Part shown: piece after piece, positions 48,698 through 57,923 of the stretch | How the letters are laid out: each line of letters begins with the position of its first letter | How positions within the stretch are numbered: the stretch's first letter is position 1 | DNA from: Porticoccaceae bacterium UBA1989 | GTDB lineage: Bacteria; Pseudomonadota; Gammaproteobacteria; Pseudomonadales; Porticoccaceae | Assembly (NCBI GenBank): GCA_002335945.1 | Contig: DDDD01000057.1 | Location: forward strand, 1-57,923 | DNA length: 57,923 nucleotides | Direction of reading: 5' to 3' | The notes under the pieces: generated by a model | Databases searched by the model: none | The model's input: the letters and a program-made list of their open reading frames with translations, nothing else | Told to the model about the DNA's origin: nothing | Translations under genes and position numbers: made by a program

Positions 48698-51466
48698 ATG
48701 CCGACGATATATATCGATGGTCAGGCCCTTGAAGTAGCTCAGGGTGAGAACATTCTAGAGGCCTGCCTGAATGCAGGCATGGATCTGCCGTATTTTTGCT
48801 GGCATCCGGCGATGGGTTCAATTGGTTCCTGTCGTCAGTGCGCACTGGTGCAATATCAAAATGAAGAGGACACCAGAGGCCGCATAGTGATGGGCTGTAT
48901 GACCCCGGTCACCGAGGGAGCTAGATTTTCATTGAATGCTGAAAATGCCACCGAATTTCGCAGTGCCGTGGTGGAGTCACTCATGCTTAACCATCCCCAT
49001 GACTGCCCGGTATGTGGTGAGGGCGGTGAGTGCCATCTCCAGGATATGACGGTGATGGTAGGCCATAGAGATCGTCGCTATACCGGCAAGAAAAACACCC
49101 ATCGTAACCAGTATCTGGGTCCCTTGATTCACCATGAGATGAATCGCTGTATTACCTGTTATCGCTGCGAGCGTTATTATCGCGACTATGCGGGCGGCAA
49201 AGATTTAGGTGCCCAGGCTTCTCATGATCATGTGTATTTTGGTCGTCACGAAGATGGGGTTCTGCAGAGTGAGTTCTCGGGTAATCTCGTTGAAGTCTGC
49301 CCCACAGGCGTATTCACCGATAAACCCTTTCTAAAACATTACAGCCGTAAATGGGATTTACAGTCTGCGCCCTCTATCTGCAGTGGCTGTGCGGTGGGCT
49401 GCAATATTGCCCCCGGCGAACGCTACGGAAAACTAAAGCGTGTGCACAACCGTTATAACCATGAGGTGAACGGTTATTTTCTCTGTGATCGCGGTCGGTT
49501 TGGCAGCGGCTATATCAACAGTGATGCGCGGTTGGATTATGCAGGTATTAAAAAAACTGACGGCCGTTTTATGGCGGTGCATCAGCAGCAGGCTATAGAT
49601 ACAGCGGCGAGCTGGATAAAAAATAAAAAGGTGGCCGGCATAGGTTCCCCAAGGGCGTCTCTTGAAGCCAATTATCTCTTGCGAGAGCTGGTGGGCCGGG
49701 ACAATTTTGTGGCTGGGTTCTCTGACAGCGAAGCTGAGATTATGGGCACCATTGTGCGCAGCCTTAAAAATACCACGGCAAGTAATCCGTCTATCAAACA
49801 GATGGAAGCCGCTGATGCCATTTTAATTCTTGGTGAAGATGTCACCAATACGGCTCCCCGCGTTGCGCTGGGGCTGCGGCAATCTGTGCGCAATAAAGCC
49901 TTAGAATTGGGTGAGCAGATGGGGCTGCCGCCCTGGCAGGACGCTGCTATTCGCAATCTTGCTCAGGATCAGCGGTCACCGATGATGATTATTTCAGCAA
50001 TGGATACCAGATTAGACGATGTGGCCAGTCGCTGTGTGTCACTGGCTGCCGATGATATTGCGTCCTTCGGTTATGCCGTGGCAGAGGTCTTGGCGGGTGG
50101 CAAGAGTGGAGATGTCGCTGTGAACGAAGCCGCTGAGATTTTACTCGGCGCCAAAAAGCCCTTGATCGTTAGTGGTTCCAGTATGTTGCATTCCGGAATA
50201 GTAAACGGCGCTGTCGCCGTTGCTGAGGCATTGGAATCACAGGGCAAGCAAGCAATGTTGAGCCTCTGTGTGGCAGAGTCTAATAGTTTGGGCCTGGCGC
50301 TGCTGGTGGATTCTCCACTTAAAACGAAACCCTTGACCCTCAGCAAGTTAGCTAAAAAATCCGGCAAGTTAGATACCCTCATTGTTTTAGAAAACGATCT
50401 CGAACGTCGCGCTAGTAATACTGATATTGAATTGCTGGTAAGGGGCGGGCCAAAGATTGTCAGCATGGATATTTTAGAAAACTCAACGCTAAATAATTCT
50501 GATCTAGTTTTACCCGCAGCTTCCTATGCAGAGTCACAGGGTACCCTAGTAAGCAGTGAGGGGAGGGCCCAGCGCTACTTCCCCGTCTATCAACCGGCCG
50601 CCGAGCGGCTACCCAGCTGGCAGTGGATGCTGCAACTCGCTGATGCCTGTGAGCATAAAACTCTGTCTGAGCTAGAACACTTTGATCAGGTGGTAGCGGC
50701 CTGCGCCGCTAGCCAGCCTTTGTTTGCAACCTTGGTTGATGTAGCGCCCATGCGTGATTATCGGAGTCAGGGCCAAAAAATCCCTCGTCAGACTCATAGA
50801 TACAGTGGTCGCACAGCCATGAATGCGGGAGTTTCAGTCCATGAGCCTCAGCAGCCTGAGGACACAGAAAGTCCCTTATCCTTTAGCATGGAAGGGCTAA
50901 ATCGCGATGAAGCCGCTTCTTTAATTCCCTTTGTTTGGTCGCCTGGATGGAATTCCAATCAATCATTACAAAAGTTTCAGGCCGAGGTGGATGGGCCATT
51001 GAAGGGAGGTACTGCTGGCGTACGCATAATTCAATCAACGGGTGCAGGGGCTCTTCAATCATCAGAACCCGCGGAACAAAAATTAAAACCCCATCAGTGG
51101 CATCTGGTGCCTGTGCATCAGGTGCATGGTAGTGAAGAAATGTCTGCTAACACTGACGAAATTGCCGAGTTAGCGGGACGGGCCTTTATTGCTATTGGTG
51201 AGAAAGTTGCCGAAAAACTGGGTGTTACTGAGGGAGATGGGCTAGTTGTGACTCAGGGTAAAACTGACATTTCTCTTCGGGTAAAAATACTGTCAAGAGT
51301 GGCCAAAAACTGTGTGGGCTTCAGTGCTGGATACTCTGAGACCCTAGGGCTAACAGCAGGCAGTCTGGTATCTCTGGTTAAAGACCAACAATGGGTGAGG
51401 CCAACATCACAGATGATAGCCACGGATAAACGTACTGGCACCCAGGGAGGATCTGCCCATGTCTGA
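48698..51466 (+). CDS. nuoG: NADH-quinone oxidoreductase subunit G (long form with extra 4Fe-4S site)
   Basis: FCWH..GSCRQC, HPHDCPVCGEGGEC, RCITCYRC, CSGCAVGC...CDRGR. Confidence 0.96.
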   Translation: MPTIYIDGQALEVAQGENILEACLNAGMDLPYFCWHPAMGSIGSCRQCALVQYQNEEDTRGRIVMGCMTPVTEGARFSLNAENATEFRSAVVESLMLNHPHDCPVCGEGGECHLQDMTVMVGHRDRRYTGKKNTHRNQYLGPLIHHEMNRCITCYRCERYYRDYAGGKDLGAQASHDHVYFGRHEDGVLQSEFSGNLVEVCPTGVFTDKPFLKHYSRKWDLQSAPSICSGCAVGCNIAPGERYGKLKRVHNRYNHEVNGYFLCDRGRFGSGYINSDARLDYAGIKKTDGRFMAVHQQQAIDTAASWIKNKKVAGIGSPRASLEANYLLRELVGRDNFVAGFSDSEAEIMGTIVRSLKNTTASNPSIKQMEAADAILILGEDVTNTAPRVALGLRQSVRNKALELGEQMGLPPWQDAAIRNLAQDQRSPMMIISAMDTRLDDVASRCVSLAADDIASFGYAVAEVLAGGKSGDVAVNEAAEILLGAKKPLIVSGSSMLHSGIVNGAVAVAEALESQGKQAMLSLCVAESNSLGLALLVDSPLKTKPLTLSKLAKKSGKLDTLIVLENDLERRASNTDIELLVRGGPKIVSMDILENSTLNNSDLVLPAASYAESQGTLVSSEGRAQRYFPVYQPAAERLPSWQWMLQLADACEHKTLSELEHFDQVVAACAASQPLFATLVDVAPMRDYRSQGQKIPRQTHRYSGRTAMNAGVSVHEPQQPEDTESPLSFSMEGLNRDEAASLIPFVWSPGWNSNQSLQKFQAEVDGPLKGGTAGVRIIQSTGAGALQSSEPAEQKLKPHQWHLVPVHQVHGSEEMSANTDEIAELAGRAFIAIGEKVAEKLGVTEGDGLVVTQGKTDISLRVKILSRVAKNCVGFSAGYSETLGLTAGSLVSLVKDQQWVRPTSQMIATDKRTGTQGGSAHV

Positions 51467-52433
51467 GTTGATGCCGGTGTTGTTGGCCCTGACAATTTTG
51501 ATTGGCGGTGTTGCGGGTGCCGCGATACTCACCTGGTTTGAGCGCCGCTTGCTGGGTGTATGGCAAGACCGTCATGGTCCCAATCGACTCGGCCCGCTGG
51601 GTATAGGTCAGGTTCTGGCGGACATGATTAAGCTGCTATTTAAGGATGATTGGGTTCCTCCCTTTTCCGATAAAGTGGTATTTATCTTTGCCCCTACTGC
51701 CATTGTAGTCGCCATGATGATGGGCTTTGCAGTGGTGCCTTTCGCGCCAGGCATGATGATTATCGACGTCAATATCGGCCTGCTGTTCTTTCTTGGAATG
51801 ACCTCACTGGCCGTTTACAGCGTGCTACTCGGTGGTCTGGCTTCAAATAATAAATATGCGCTGCTGGGTGGTTTGCGCTCGGCGGCTCAGATGGTGAGCT
51901 ACGAAGTGTTTATGGGCCTGTCACTGATGGGCGTGGTGATGATGAGTGGCAGTTTTAGCCTGGTGGACATTGTTGAAGCTCAGACTGATGTTTGGTTTTG
52001 TTTCTCACAGATTCTGGGCCTTATTGTTTTTGTTATCGCCGGTATAGCAGAGAGCCATCGCTTGCCTTTCGATTTGCCCGAAGCGGAGCATGAACTCACC
52101 GCGGGTTTCCACACTGAATATGGCGGCATGAAATTCGCGATGTTTATGCTCGGGGAATATCTTGGATTGATGTTGATTTCCTGCATGATCGTGACATTAT
52201 TTTTTGGTGGCTGGCATGGCCCAGCGCTAATCGGCCACTGGTTACCGCCACTGTTCTGGTTCGGTTTTAAAGTATTTATTGTTATCTGTTTCTTTGTACT
52301 TTTACGCGCTGCCATTCCTCGACCTCGCTACGACCAGCTTATGTCGTTGGGGTGGAAGGTGATGTTGCCGATTACGTTAATTAATCTGGTGATCACAGGT
52401 GCGGTCTTATTGTGGATGGAGGGAGCTGCCTAA
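51459..52433 (+). CDS. nuoH: NADH-quinone oxidoreductase subunit H
   Basis: [35 protein letters not shown]. Confidence 0.97.
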   Translation: MSELMPVLLALTILIGGVAGAAILTWFERRLLGVWQDRHGPNRLGPLGIGQVLADMIKLLFKDDWVPPFSDKVVFIFAPTAIVVAMMMGFAVVPFAPGMMIIDVNIGLLFFLGMTSLAVYSVLLGGLASNNKYALLGGLRSAAQMVSYEVFMGLSLMGVVMMSGSFSLVDIVEAQTDVWFCFSQILGLIVFVIAGIAESHRLPFDLPEAEHELTAGFHTEYGGMKFAMFMLGEYLGLMLISCMIVTLFFGGWHGPALIGHWLPPLFWFGFKVFIVICFFVLLRAAIPRPRYDQLMSLGWKVMLPITLINLVITGAVLLWMEGAA

Positions 52434-52948
52434 TGTTGAGTGAACTGCGAACGATTTGGGAGGTGCTGAAACATACCTTCACCAAGGCGGAGACGGTGCA
52501 GTATCCCGAGGAGATGCCCTATCTTTCTCCCCGTTATCGCGGGCGTATTGTGCTCACTAGAGATCCGGATGGAGAGGAGCGCTGTGTGGCCTGTAATCTC
52601 TGTGCGGCGGTCTGTCCGGTGGACTGTATTGCCCTGCAGAAAGATACGCGGGAAGACGGTACCTGGTATCCAGAGTTTTTCCGCATTAATTTCTCCCGAT
52701 GCATTATGTGCGGTATGTGTGAGGAGGCCTGTCCCACCTATGCGATTCAGCTGACACCAGATTTTGAAATGTGTGAGTACGATCGCCAGAATATGGTGTA
52801 CGAAAAAGAACATTTATTAATTAATGGGGTGGGTAAGTATCCGGACTACAATTTTTATCGGGTGTCCGGAATGCAAACGGCCACTAAGGATAAAGGCGAG
52901 GCTCAAAATGAGGCTAGACCTGTTGATACTAAGAGTCTGTTGCCATGA
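52433..52948 (+). CDS. nuoI: NADH-quinone oxidoreductase subunit I
   Basis: [12 protein letters not shown] and [12 protein letters not shown]; TAATG coupling with nuoH gives start 52433. Confidence 0.97.
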   Translation: MLSELRTIWEVLKHTFTKAETVQYPEEMPYLSPRYRGRIVLTRDPDGEERCVACNLCAAVCPVDCIALQKDTREDGTWYPEFFRINFSRCIMCGMCEEACPTYAIQLTPDFEMCEYDRQNMVYEKEHLLINGVGKYPDYNFYRVSGMQTATKDKGEAQNEARPVDTKSLLP

Positions 52949-53139
52949 TTATTTTAATGCTAGTTGGATTTCCGCTGGGAGCGATGATTGCCGGCATGGG
53001 TTCTACTCCCTGCTCTGTGACACGCCGTAAATACGTCCCTGTAGGCTCTACGCCAGCATCCCTGCTGGCGACGGTCACAGAACAAGTAGCAGAGCCCATG
53101 CCTATGATGCCGATGGAAATTGGGAGGTCTTATGCTTGA
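52945..53139 (+). CDS. Possible 64-aa ORF across the nuoI-nuoJ insertion; coding status doubtful
   Basis: ATGA overlap with the nuoI stop, stop codon inside the first nuoJ codons; no recognisable domain; mostly encoded by the palindromic element. Confidence 0.2.
   Translation: MIILMLVGFPLGAMIAGMGSTPCSVTRRKYVPVGSTPASLLATVTEQVAEPMPMMPMEIGRSYA
52993..53102. repeat. Palindromic MITE-like element between nuoI and nuoJ
   Basis: 29-bp imperfect inverted arms (52993-53021 and 53074-53102, 24/29 complementary) enclosing two hairpins with TCCC loops (tacg-tccc-tgta; cgccagca-tccc-tgctggcg). Confidence 0.8.
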
Positions 53140-53659
53140 GATTACGCTTTTTTATGTTGCGGCGACGGTAGCCTTGGTTGCCACGGTATTGGCCATGACT
53201 CGTACCAATGCGATTCATGCGTTGATCTATCTAATTGTTTCCCTGTTGGCGGTGGCGGTGATTTTCTTTTTGATCGGCGCGCCATTTGCGGCGGCTCTGG
53301 AAATTGTTATCTATGCAGGGGCCATTATGGTGCTGTTTGTGTTTGTCATCATGATGCTCAATCTGGGTGAGAAGGGTGACCAGCAGGAACGTCAATGGTT
53401 GTTACCTAAAATTTGGGCGGGACCTGCGCTTTTGGCGGCGGTGCTATTTGCTGAATTACTCTATGTGATTTCTACGGTTGAGGGGCCTGTGTCTACCACG
53501 GCGGTCAGCGCAAAAGAGGTGGGCCTGGCACTGTTTGGGCCCTATGTCTTGGCGGTTGAGATTGCTTCTATGCTTTTGTTGGCGGGTCTTGTGGGTTCGT
53601 TTCATCTTGGGCGTCGCTATTTAGAGCGGGATGGTTTTGATGATGGGAGTGAAAAATAA
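53132..53659 (+). CDS. nuoJ: NADH-quinone oxidoreductase subunit J
   Basis: [33 protein letters not shown]...EIASMLLL; GGGAGG SD before ATG 53132. Confidence 0.96.
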   Translation: MLEITLFYVAATVALVATVLAMTRTNAIHALIYLIVSLLAVAVIFFLIGAPFAAALEIVIYAGAIMVLFVFVIMMLNLGEKGDQQERQWLLPKIWAGPALLAAVLFAELLYVISTVEGPVSTTAVSAKEVGLALFGPYVLAVEIASMLLLAGLVGSFHLGRRYLERDGFDDGSEK

Positions 53660-53973
53660 TGGATGGCCTGAACATTCCACTTAATCATATTCTCCTAGTG
53701 TCATCTCTTCTGTTTGCTATCGGCATGATGGGTTTGATGATTCGGCGCAATATTATTTTTATCCTGATGTCTCTTGAAGTGATGCTTAATTCTGCGGCTC
53801 TGGCATTTGTTGCTGCGGGCGCTCACTGGGGGCAGCCGGATGGGCAAATTGTATTTATGTTGATTCTTACAGTTGCAGCTGCCGAAGTGGCGGTGGGGTT
53901 GGGTCTAGTGCTGCAGGTGCAGAAGCGATTTAAAACATTAGATATGGACCATGCTAACAGGATGAGGGGTTAA
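53659..53973 (+). CDS. nuoK: NADH-quinone oxidoreductase subunit K
   Basis: [30 protein letters not shown]. Confidence 0.97.
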   Translation: MDGLNIPLNHILLVSSLLFAIGMMGLMIRRNIIFILMSLEVMLNSAALAFVAAGAHWGQPDGQIVFMLILTVAAAEVAVGLGLVLQVQKRFKTLDMDHANRMRG

Positions 53974-53975
53974 TA

Positions 53976-55823
53976 ATGCGCGAGCTTATTTGGCTGATTC
54001 CACTTATCCCGCTACTTAGTTCAGTGATCCTAATGCTCGCTGGCAGTCGATTGCCGCGTCTGATGATTGGTATTACTGGGGTAGGCTCGGTTGGCCTTGC
54101 TGCTCTATTAACATTGACCACTGGCCTTAATTTTATGGCTAACCCAGAGCCATTCCAGGTAACCCTATGGACCTGGATGCAGGTGGGGAGTTTTGCACCT
54201 GGGGTCGCCTTTTATTTTGATGGCCTGACACTGGTGATGATGTCGGTGATTACTGGGGTAGGTTTTTTAATTCATCTTTTTTCCACAGAATTTATGGAAC
54301 GGGATGAGAGTTATGCCCGTTACTTTGCCTATTTAAATATGTTTGTGGCGGCCATGTTAGTGCTGGTGATGGCGGACAATTTACTGCTGCTTTATTTGGG
54401 TTGGGAAGGCGTAGGGGTCTGTAGCTATTTGTTGGTTGGTTTCTGGTACCAAAATAGCGCCAATGGTCAGGCGGCACGCAAGGCCTTTATCGTGACGCGT
54501 ATTGGTGACACGGCCATGGCCCTGGGTCTATTTTTATTGTTTACCGAGTTGGGTACCTTGGATATCCAGGCCATGGTCGGGATTGCTAACGAGACCTGGC
54601 AGGTTGGTGACAACGTTGCTCTGATTGCCTGTCTGTTATTGCTTGCGGGTGCTGTGGGCAAGTCAGCTCAGTTACCACTGCATACCTGGTTGCCCGATGC
54701 GATGGCTGGCCCGACGCCGGTCAGTGCCTTGATTCATGCGGCCACTATGGTGACTGCGGGCGTTTATTTAATTGCTCGTACCCATGGACTGTTTTTACTG
54801 GCCCCCGAGGCGATGATGGCGGTGGCGATTATTGGTATAGCGACTACATTGATGGCGGCTTTTACGGCATTGATGCAGTCGGATATTAAACGGATTCTTG
54901 CCTACTCTACGATTAGTCAGATCGGTTATATGTTTCTGGCCCTGGGTGTGGGTGCCTGGACTGCGGGTATCTTCCATCTTATGACCCATGCCTTTTTTAA
55001 AGCACTTCTATTTTTGGGGTCTGGCGCCATTATTCACTGTCTGCACCATGAGCATAATATTTTTAAAATGGGTGGGTTGCGCACCAGAATGCCGGTGACC
55101 TTTTGGAGCTTTATGATTGGCTCGGCGGCGCTGGCGGCACTGCCTATGACTAGTGGTTTCTTTAGTAAGGACCAAATTTTACTGCAGGCTTATCAGATGC
55201 CGGGTATGGGTCCCTGGCTTTGGTTGGCAGGTTTGCTGGGTGCGCTACTGACGGCGATCTATAGTTTTCGGTTGGTCTTTGTGGTGTTCTTTGGGGCCGC
55301 TAAGACAGAGCCAGATAAAGATACTGGCTGGCGCATGGCGGTACCTCTGACGGTCCTCTGCGGACTTTCGCTGATTGGTGGTTACTTTATTATTCCGGTG
55401 CAGGATGTTTTCCTTGCGGGCAGTGGAGATCACCCTGCGCACTGGGTTGAATATGTCTCTATCGCTGTACCCTTAGTTGGTGTGTTGCTGGCCTATCTTA
55501 TTTTTCATACGGGTCAACTTAAGGTGGATGGCGTAGTTAACTCAAAAGTGGGTCAGACATTGCGTCAGTTTTGGCTGAGTGGCTGGGGTATCGATTGGCT
55601 CTATGACAGACTTTTTGTTCGGCCCTATTATGCGATATCTGGAATGCTTAAGTCGGAACCGGTGGATGCCGTTTATGGATTGATAGTGGCCATTAATCAA
55701 ACCTTTAATCACTGGCTCAGCCGGGCTCAGACTGGCCGAATGCGTTGGTACATTGTCAGCATGGTATTTGGCTTAGTGGTACTGCTCACGCTCGCGCTAC
55801 AGATCTCCCCGGAGGTGCTCTGA
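53976..55823 (+). CDS. nuoL: NADH-quinone oxidoreductase subunit L
   Basis: GWEGVG, RIGD, GKSAQLPLHTWLPDAMAGPTPVSALIHAATMV, HAFFKALLFL. Confidence 0.97.
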   Translation: MRELIWLIPLIPLLSSVILMLAGSRLPRLMIGITGVGSVGLAALLTLTTGLNFMANPEPFQVTLWTWMQVGSFAPGVAFYFDGLTLVMMSVITGVGFLIHLFSTEFMERDESYARYFAYLNMFVAAMLVLVMADNLLLLYLGWEGVGVCSYLLVGFWYQNSANGQAARKAFIVTRIGDTAMALGLFLLFTELGTLDIQAMVGIANETWQVGDNVALIACLLLLAGAVGKSAQLPLHTWLPDAMAGPTPVSALIHAATMVTAGVYLIARTHGLFLLAPEAMMAVAIIGIATTLMAAFTALMQSDIKRILAYSTISQIGYMFLALGVGAWTAGIFHLMTHAFFKALLFLGSGAIIHCLHHEHNIFKMGGLRTRMPVTFWSFMIGSAALAALPMTSGFFSKDQILLQAYQMPGMGPWLWLAGLLGALLTAIYSFRLVFVVFFGAAKTEPDKDTGWRMAVPLTVLCGLSLIGGYFIIPVQDVFLAGSGDHPAHWVEYVSIAVPLVGVLLAYLIFHTGQLKVDGVVNSKVGQTLRQFWLSGWGIDWLYDRLFVRPYYAISGMLKSEPVDAVYGLIVAINQTFNHWLSRAQTGRMRWYIVSMVFGLVVLLTLALQISPEVL

Positions 55824-57325
55824 TGGTTATGGTTAACCTGATATTGATACTGCTGGTGGGTGGTGTACTGGCTTTGCTGTCTGAGCGGGTCAATGAAAAT
55901 ATGCCGCGCAGAGTGGCACTGGCGGTGGTGCTGTTTGACCTGATTTATTTTTTGAACTTTCTATCGGGTATGCCCGATCTGACTCAGCTGCAGGCGCCCT
56001 TACCCAATGATCCCAGTACCTGGTTGATGCACTTTAAGGCGGATTGGATTCCGGCTTTTGGTATTAGTATAGAGTTCGCACTCGATGGTATTAGCATGCT
56101 CATGGTGCTGTTAACGCTTGTCCTGGGTGCGGTGGCGGTGAGCGCTTCTTGGACTGATGTTATTGTGCGGCGTGGATTCTTTGAAGCCAACCTGCTGTGG
56201 ACGCTGGCTGGTGTGCTGGGGGTTTTTATGGCCCTGGATCTGTTTTTGTTTTTCCTGTTTTGGGAAGTCATGTTAATTCCCATGTATTTTATGATCGCTA
56301 TCTGGGGTCATGAAAATCGTGGCTATGCGGCCATGAAGTTCTTTATCTTTACGCAGGCCAGCGGCCTGCTTATGTTGGTCTCTATACTGGCACTGGTTGC
56401 GGTTAATCAGAGTGCCACGGGGCAGTGGAGCTTTAGTTATTTCGATCTACTCAATACTCCTATGGCCGAGGCGGCCGCTCACTGGCTAATGCTGGGGTTC
56501 TTTATTGCCTTTGTGGTGAAGTTACCCGTGTTTCCCTTTCATACTTGGTTGCCCGATGCTCACACTCAGGCGCCGACTGCGGGCAGTGTAATTCTGGCGG
56601 GTATTCTGTTGAAGACCGGTGCCTATGGTCTGATTCGTTTTGCCGTGCCGCTGTTTCCTCAGGCGGCGATGGATTTCTCTTATGTGGCGATGGTGCTTGG
56701 TGCGGTTGGCGTGGTTTATGGCGCCGTGCTGGCCTTTGCGCAAACTGACTTTAAACGCCTTATTGCCTATAGCAGTGTCAGCCATATGGGCTTTGTACTG
56801 TTGGGGGTTTATGCCTGGAATGAGCTGGCGCTGCAGGGTGCAGTGATGCAAATGGTGGCTCATGGTTTTAGTACCGCGGCACTGTTTATGATTGCTGGTT
56901 CTTTACAGGAGCGGCTGCATACCAGAGATATGCGCGAGATGGGTGGCCTGTGGCAACAGATGCCGCGCATGGGTGCGGTCGCTATGTTCTTCGTGGTGGC
57001 CTCATTGGGACTGCCCGGTCTGGGAAACTTTGTTGCCGAATTCCTGGTGCTGTTGGGTCTCTTTCAGGTTGATCCCTGGCTTACGGCAGTGGCCGCTCTG
57101 GGGCTTATTACAGGGGCAGCCTATTCGTTAATTCTAATGCAGCGCGCCTTTCAGGGAGAGCCCAATCCAACCTTAGCGGATCAGGGACTGATAGATTTTG
57201 GTCCTCGTGAAATGCTGACCATGGCCGTTATGATGCTAGCACTTATTGGCCTAGGTATTTTTCCTCAGCCGGTTTTGGATATTGCTCAGCCAGTGCTGCA
57301 AAGTTTGCTGGAGGTGACCCGATGA
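55823..57325 (+). CDS. nuoM: NADH-quinone oxidoreductase subunit M
   Basis: LDGIS, FWEVMLIPMY, KLPVFPFHTWLPDAH, LLKTGAYG, AYSSVSHMG, LGLPG..NF..E; TGATG coupling gives start 55823. Confidence 0.96.
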   Translation: MVMVNLILILLVGGVLALLSERVNENMPRRVALAVVLFDLIYFLNFLSGMPDLTQLQAPLPNDPSTWLMHFKADWIPAFGISIEFALDGISMLMVLLTLVLGAVAVSASWTDVIVRRGFFEANLLWTLAGVLGVFMALDLFLFFLFWEVMLIPMYFMIAIWGHENRGYAAMKFFIFTQASGLLMLVSILALVAVNQSATGQWSFSYFDLLNTPMAEAAAHWLMLGFFIAFVVKLPVFPFHTWLPDAHTQAPTAGSVILAGILLKTGAYGLIRFAVPLFPQAAMDFSYVAMVLGAVGVVYGAVLAFAQTDFKRLIAYSSVSHMGFVLLGVYAWNELALQGAVMQMVAHGFSTAALFMIAGSLQERLHTRDMREMGGLWQQMPRMGAVAMFFVVASLGLPGLGNFVAEFLVLLGLFQVDPWLTAVAALGLITGAAYSLILMQRAFQGEPNPTLADQGLIDFGPREMLTMAVMMLALIGLGIFPQPVLDIAQPVLQSLLEVTR

Positions 57326-57923
57326 ACGGACAATTAATGATGGCACTGATGCCCATTCTGGTGCTGTCCCTGACTGCTGTTGTACTGATGATACAGGCGT
57401 CGGTGAAACGGGATCAGTCCGTGGCCTGGGTGATTACCGCCCTGGGTTTATTATTGGCGCTCTGGGGTGCAGGTTATGCTCGAGGGTTTACTCAGCCAGT
57501 GACGGTGTTGCTAATGGTGGATGACTGGGGTCTATTTTTTACCACCTTGATTTTAGTAGCTGCGCTGGTGACATTGATTCTATCCAAGGATACTTTTTCC
57601 CCAGAGGGCGAGCGCAAAGAGGAATATTATCTACTGCTGGTGCTCAGCGTTTTAGGGGCAGTGATATTGATACAGTCTAGCCACATGGTGTCTCTACTGT
57701 TAGGTATGGAACTGATGGGTGTGGCGCTCTATGCCATGATCGCCTTTCCAGAAAAGGGCCAGCGTCCTCTCGAAGCGGCGATTAAGTATTTAGTTTTGTC
57801 AGCCTGCGCCTCGGTGATGCTGCTTTATGGTTTTGCATTGATCTATGCCGCAACCGGTGAATTGAGCTATGCAGGCATTGGGCTAAAAGCATCCATCGCC
57901 TATGATCAAAATCCAATACTACT
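57322..57923 (+). CDS. nuoN: NADH-quinone oxidoreductase subunit N, 5' part (truncated by the window end; not in the ORF track)
   Basis: ATGA overlap with the nuoM stop; my translation gives MNGQLMMALMPIL...EEYYLLLVLS..G...LGMELMGVALY...EAAIKYLVLS...LLYGFALIYAATG. Confidence 0.93.
   Translation, partial: MNGQLMMALMPILVLSLTAVVLMIQASVKRDQSVAWVITALGLLLALWGAGYARGFTQPVTVLLMVDDWGLFFTTLILVAALVTLILSKDTFSPEGERKEEYYLLLVLSVLGAVILIQSSHMVSLLLGMELMGVALYAMIAFPEKGQRPLEAAIKYLVLSACASVMLLYGFALIYAATGELSYAGIGLKASIAYDQNPIL

Noticed and set aside
52993-53102. nuoI-nuoJ structure as a tRNA or intrinsic terminator
   Set aside because: There is no T-loop (TTCRA) or D-loop consensus and no CCA end, and no U-tract follows the stems on either strand.
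53132-57923. Strong G/T skew in nuoJ-N as evidence of foreign DNA
   Set aside because: Explained by codons for hydrophobic residues (Leu, Val, Phe, Gly) in membrane subunits.

Overview
Core-genome window (about 58 kb, moderate GC, very densely coded) from a Gammaproteobacterium of the Pseudomonadales/Cellvibrionales type. The taxonomy is inferred from gene content and order (hisZ-purA, endonuclease-type MutL, psd-rhdA-rsgA-orn-queG); a streamlined marine SAR92/Porticoccaceae-like organism is plausible but not proven. Gene order: partial beta-hydroxyacid dehydrogenase, M18 aminopeptidase, trpS, cytochrome c5, then <pckA-hslO-hslR-yrfG-mrcA, pilMNOPQ-aroK-aroB-gltBD-hemE, a degenerate HD-GYP protein, <psd-rhodanese-rsgA, orn, <queG, nnr-tsaE-amiB-mutL-miaA-hfq-hflXKC-DUF2065-hisZ-purA, <MAPEG, and a proton-pumping complex I operon nuoA-B-CD-E-F-G-H-I-J-K-L-M-N (nuoN cut by the window end). 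I found no tRNA, rRNA, CRISPR array, transposase or novel multi-gene system. The most unusual features are small. (1) A 110-155 bp palindromic MITE-like element sits between nuoI and nuoJ; its antisense strand displays CsrA/RsmA-type GGGA hairpin loops, and a 64-codon ORF overlapping both neighbours spans it. (2) An 18-bp tandem repeat lies inside tsaE. (3) The HD-GYP protein has lost its catalytic motifs. (4) A pseudopilin-like DGxxGTxDD motif is inserted in the PilQ secretin. (5) A hairpin covers the nuoA ribosome-binding site. (6) A near-perfect 31-bp palindrome lies upstream of DUF2065-hisZ-purA.
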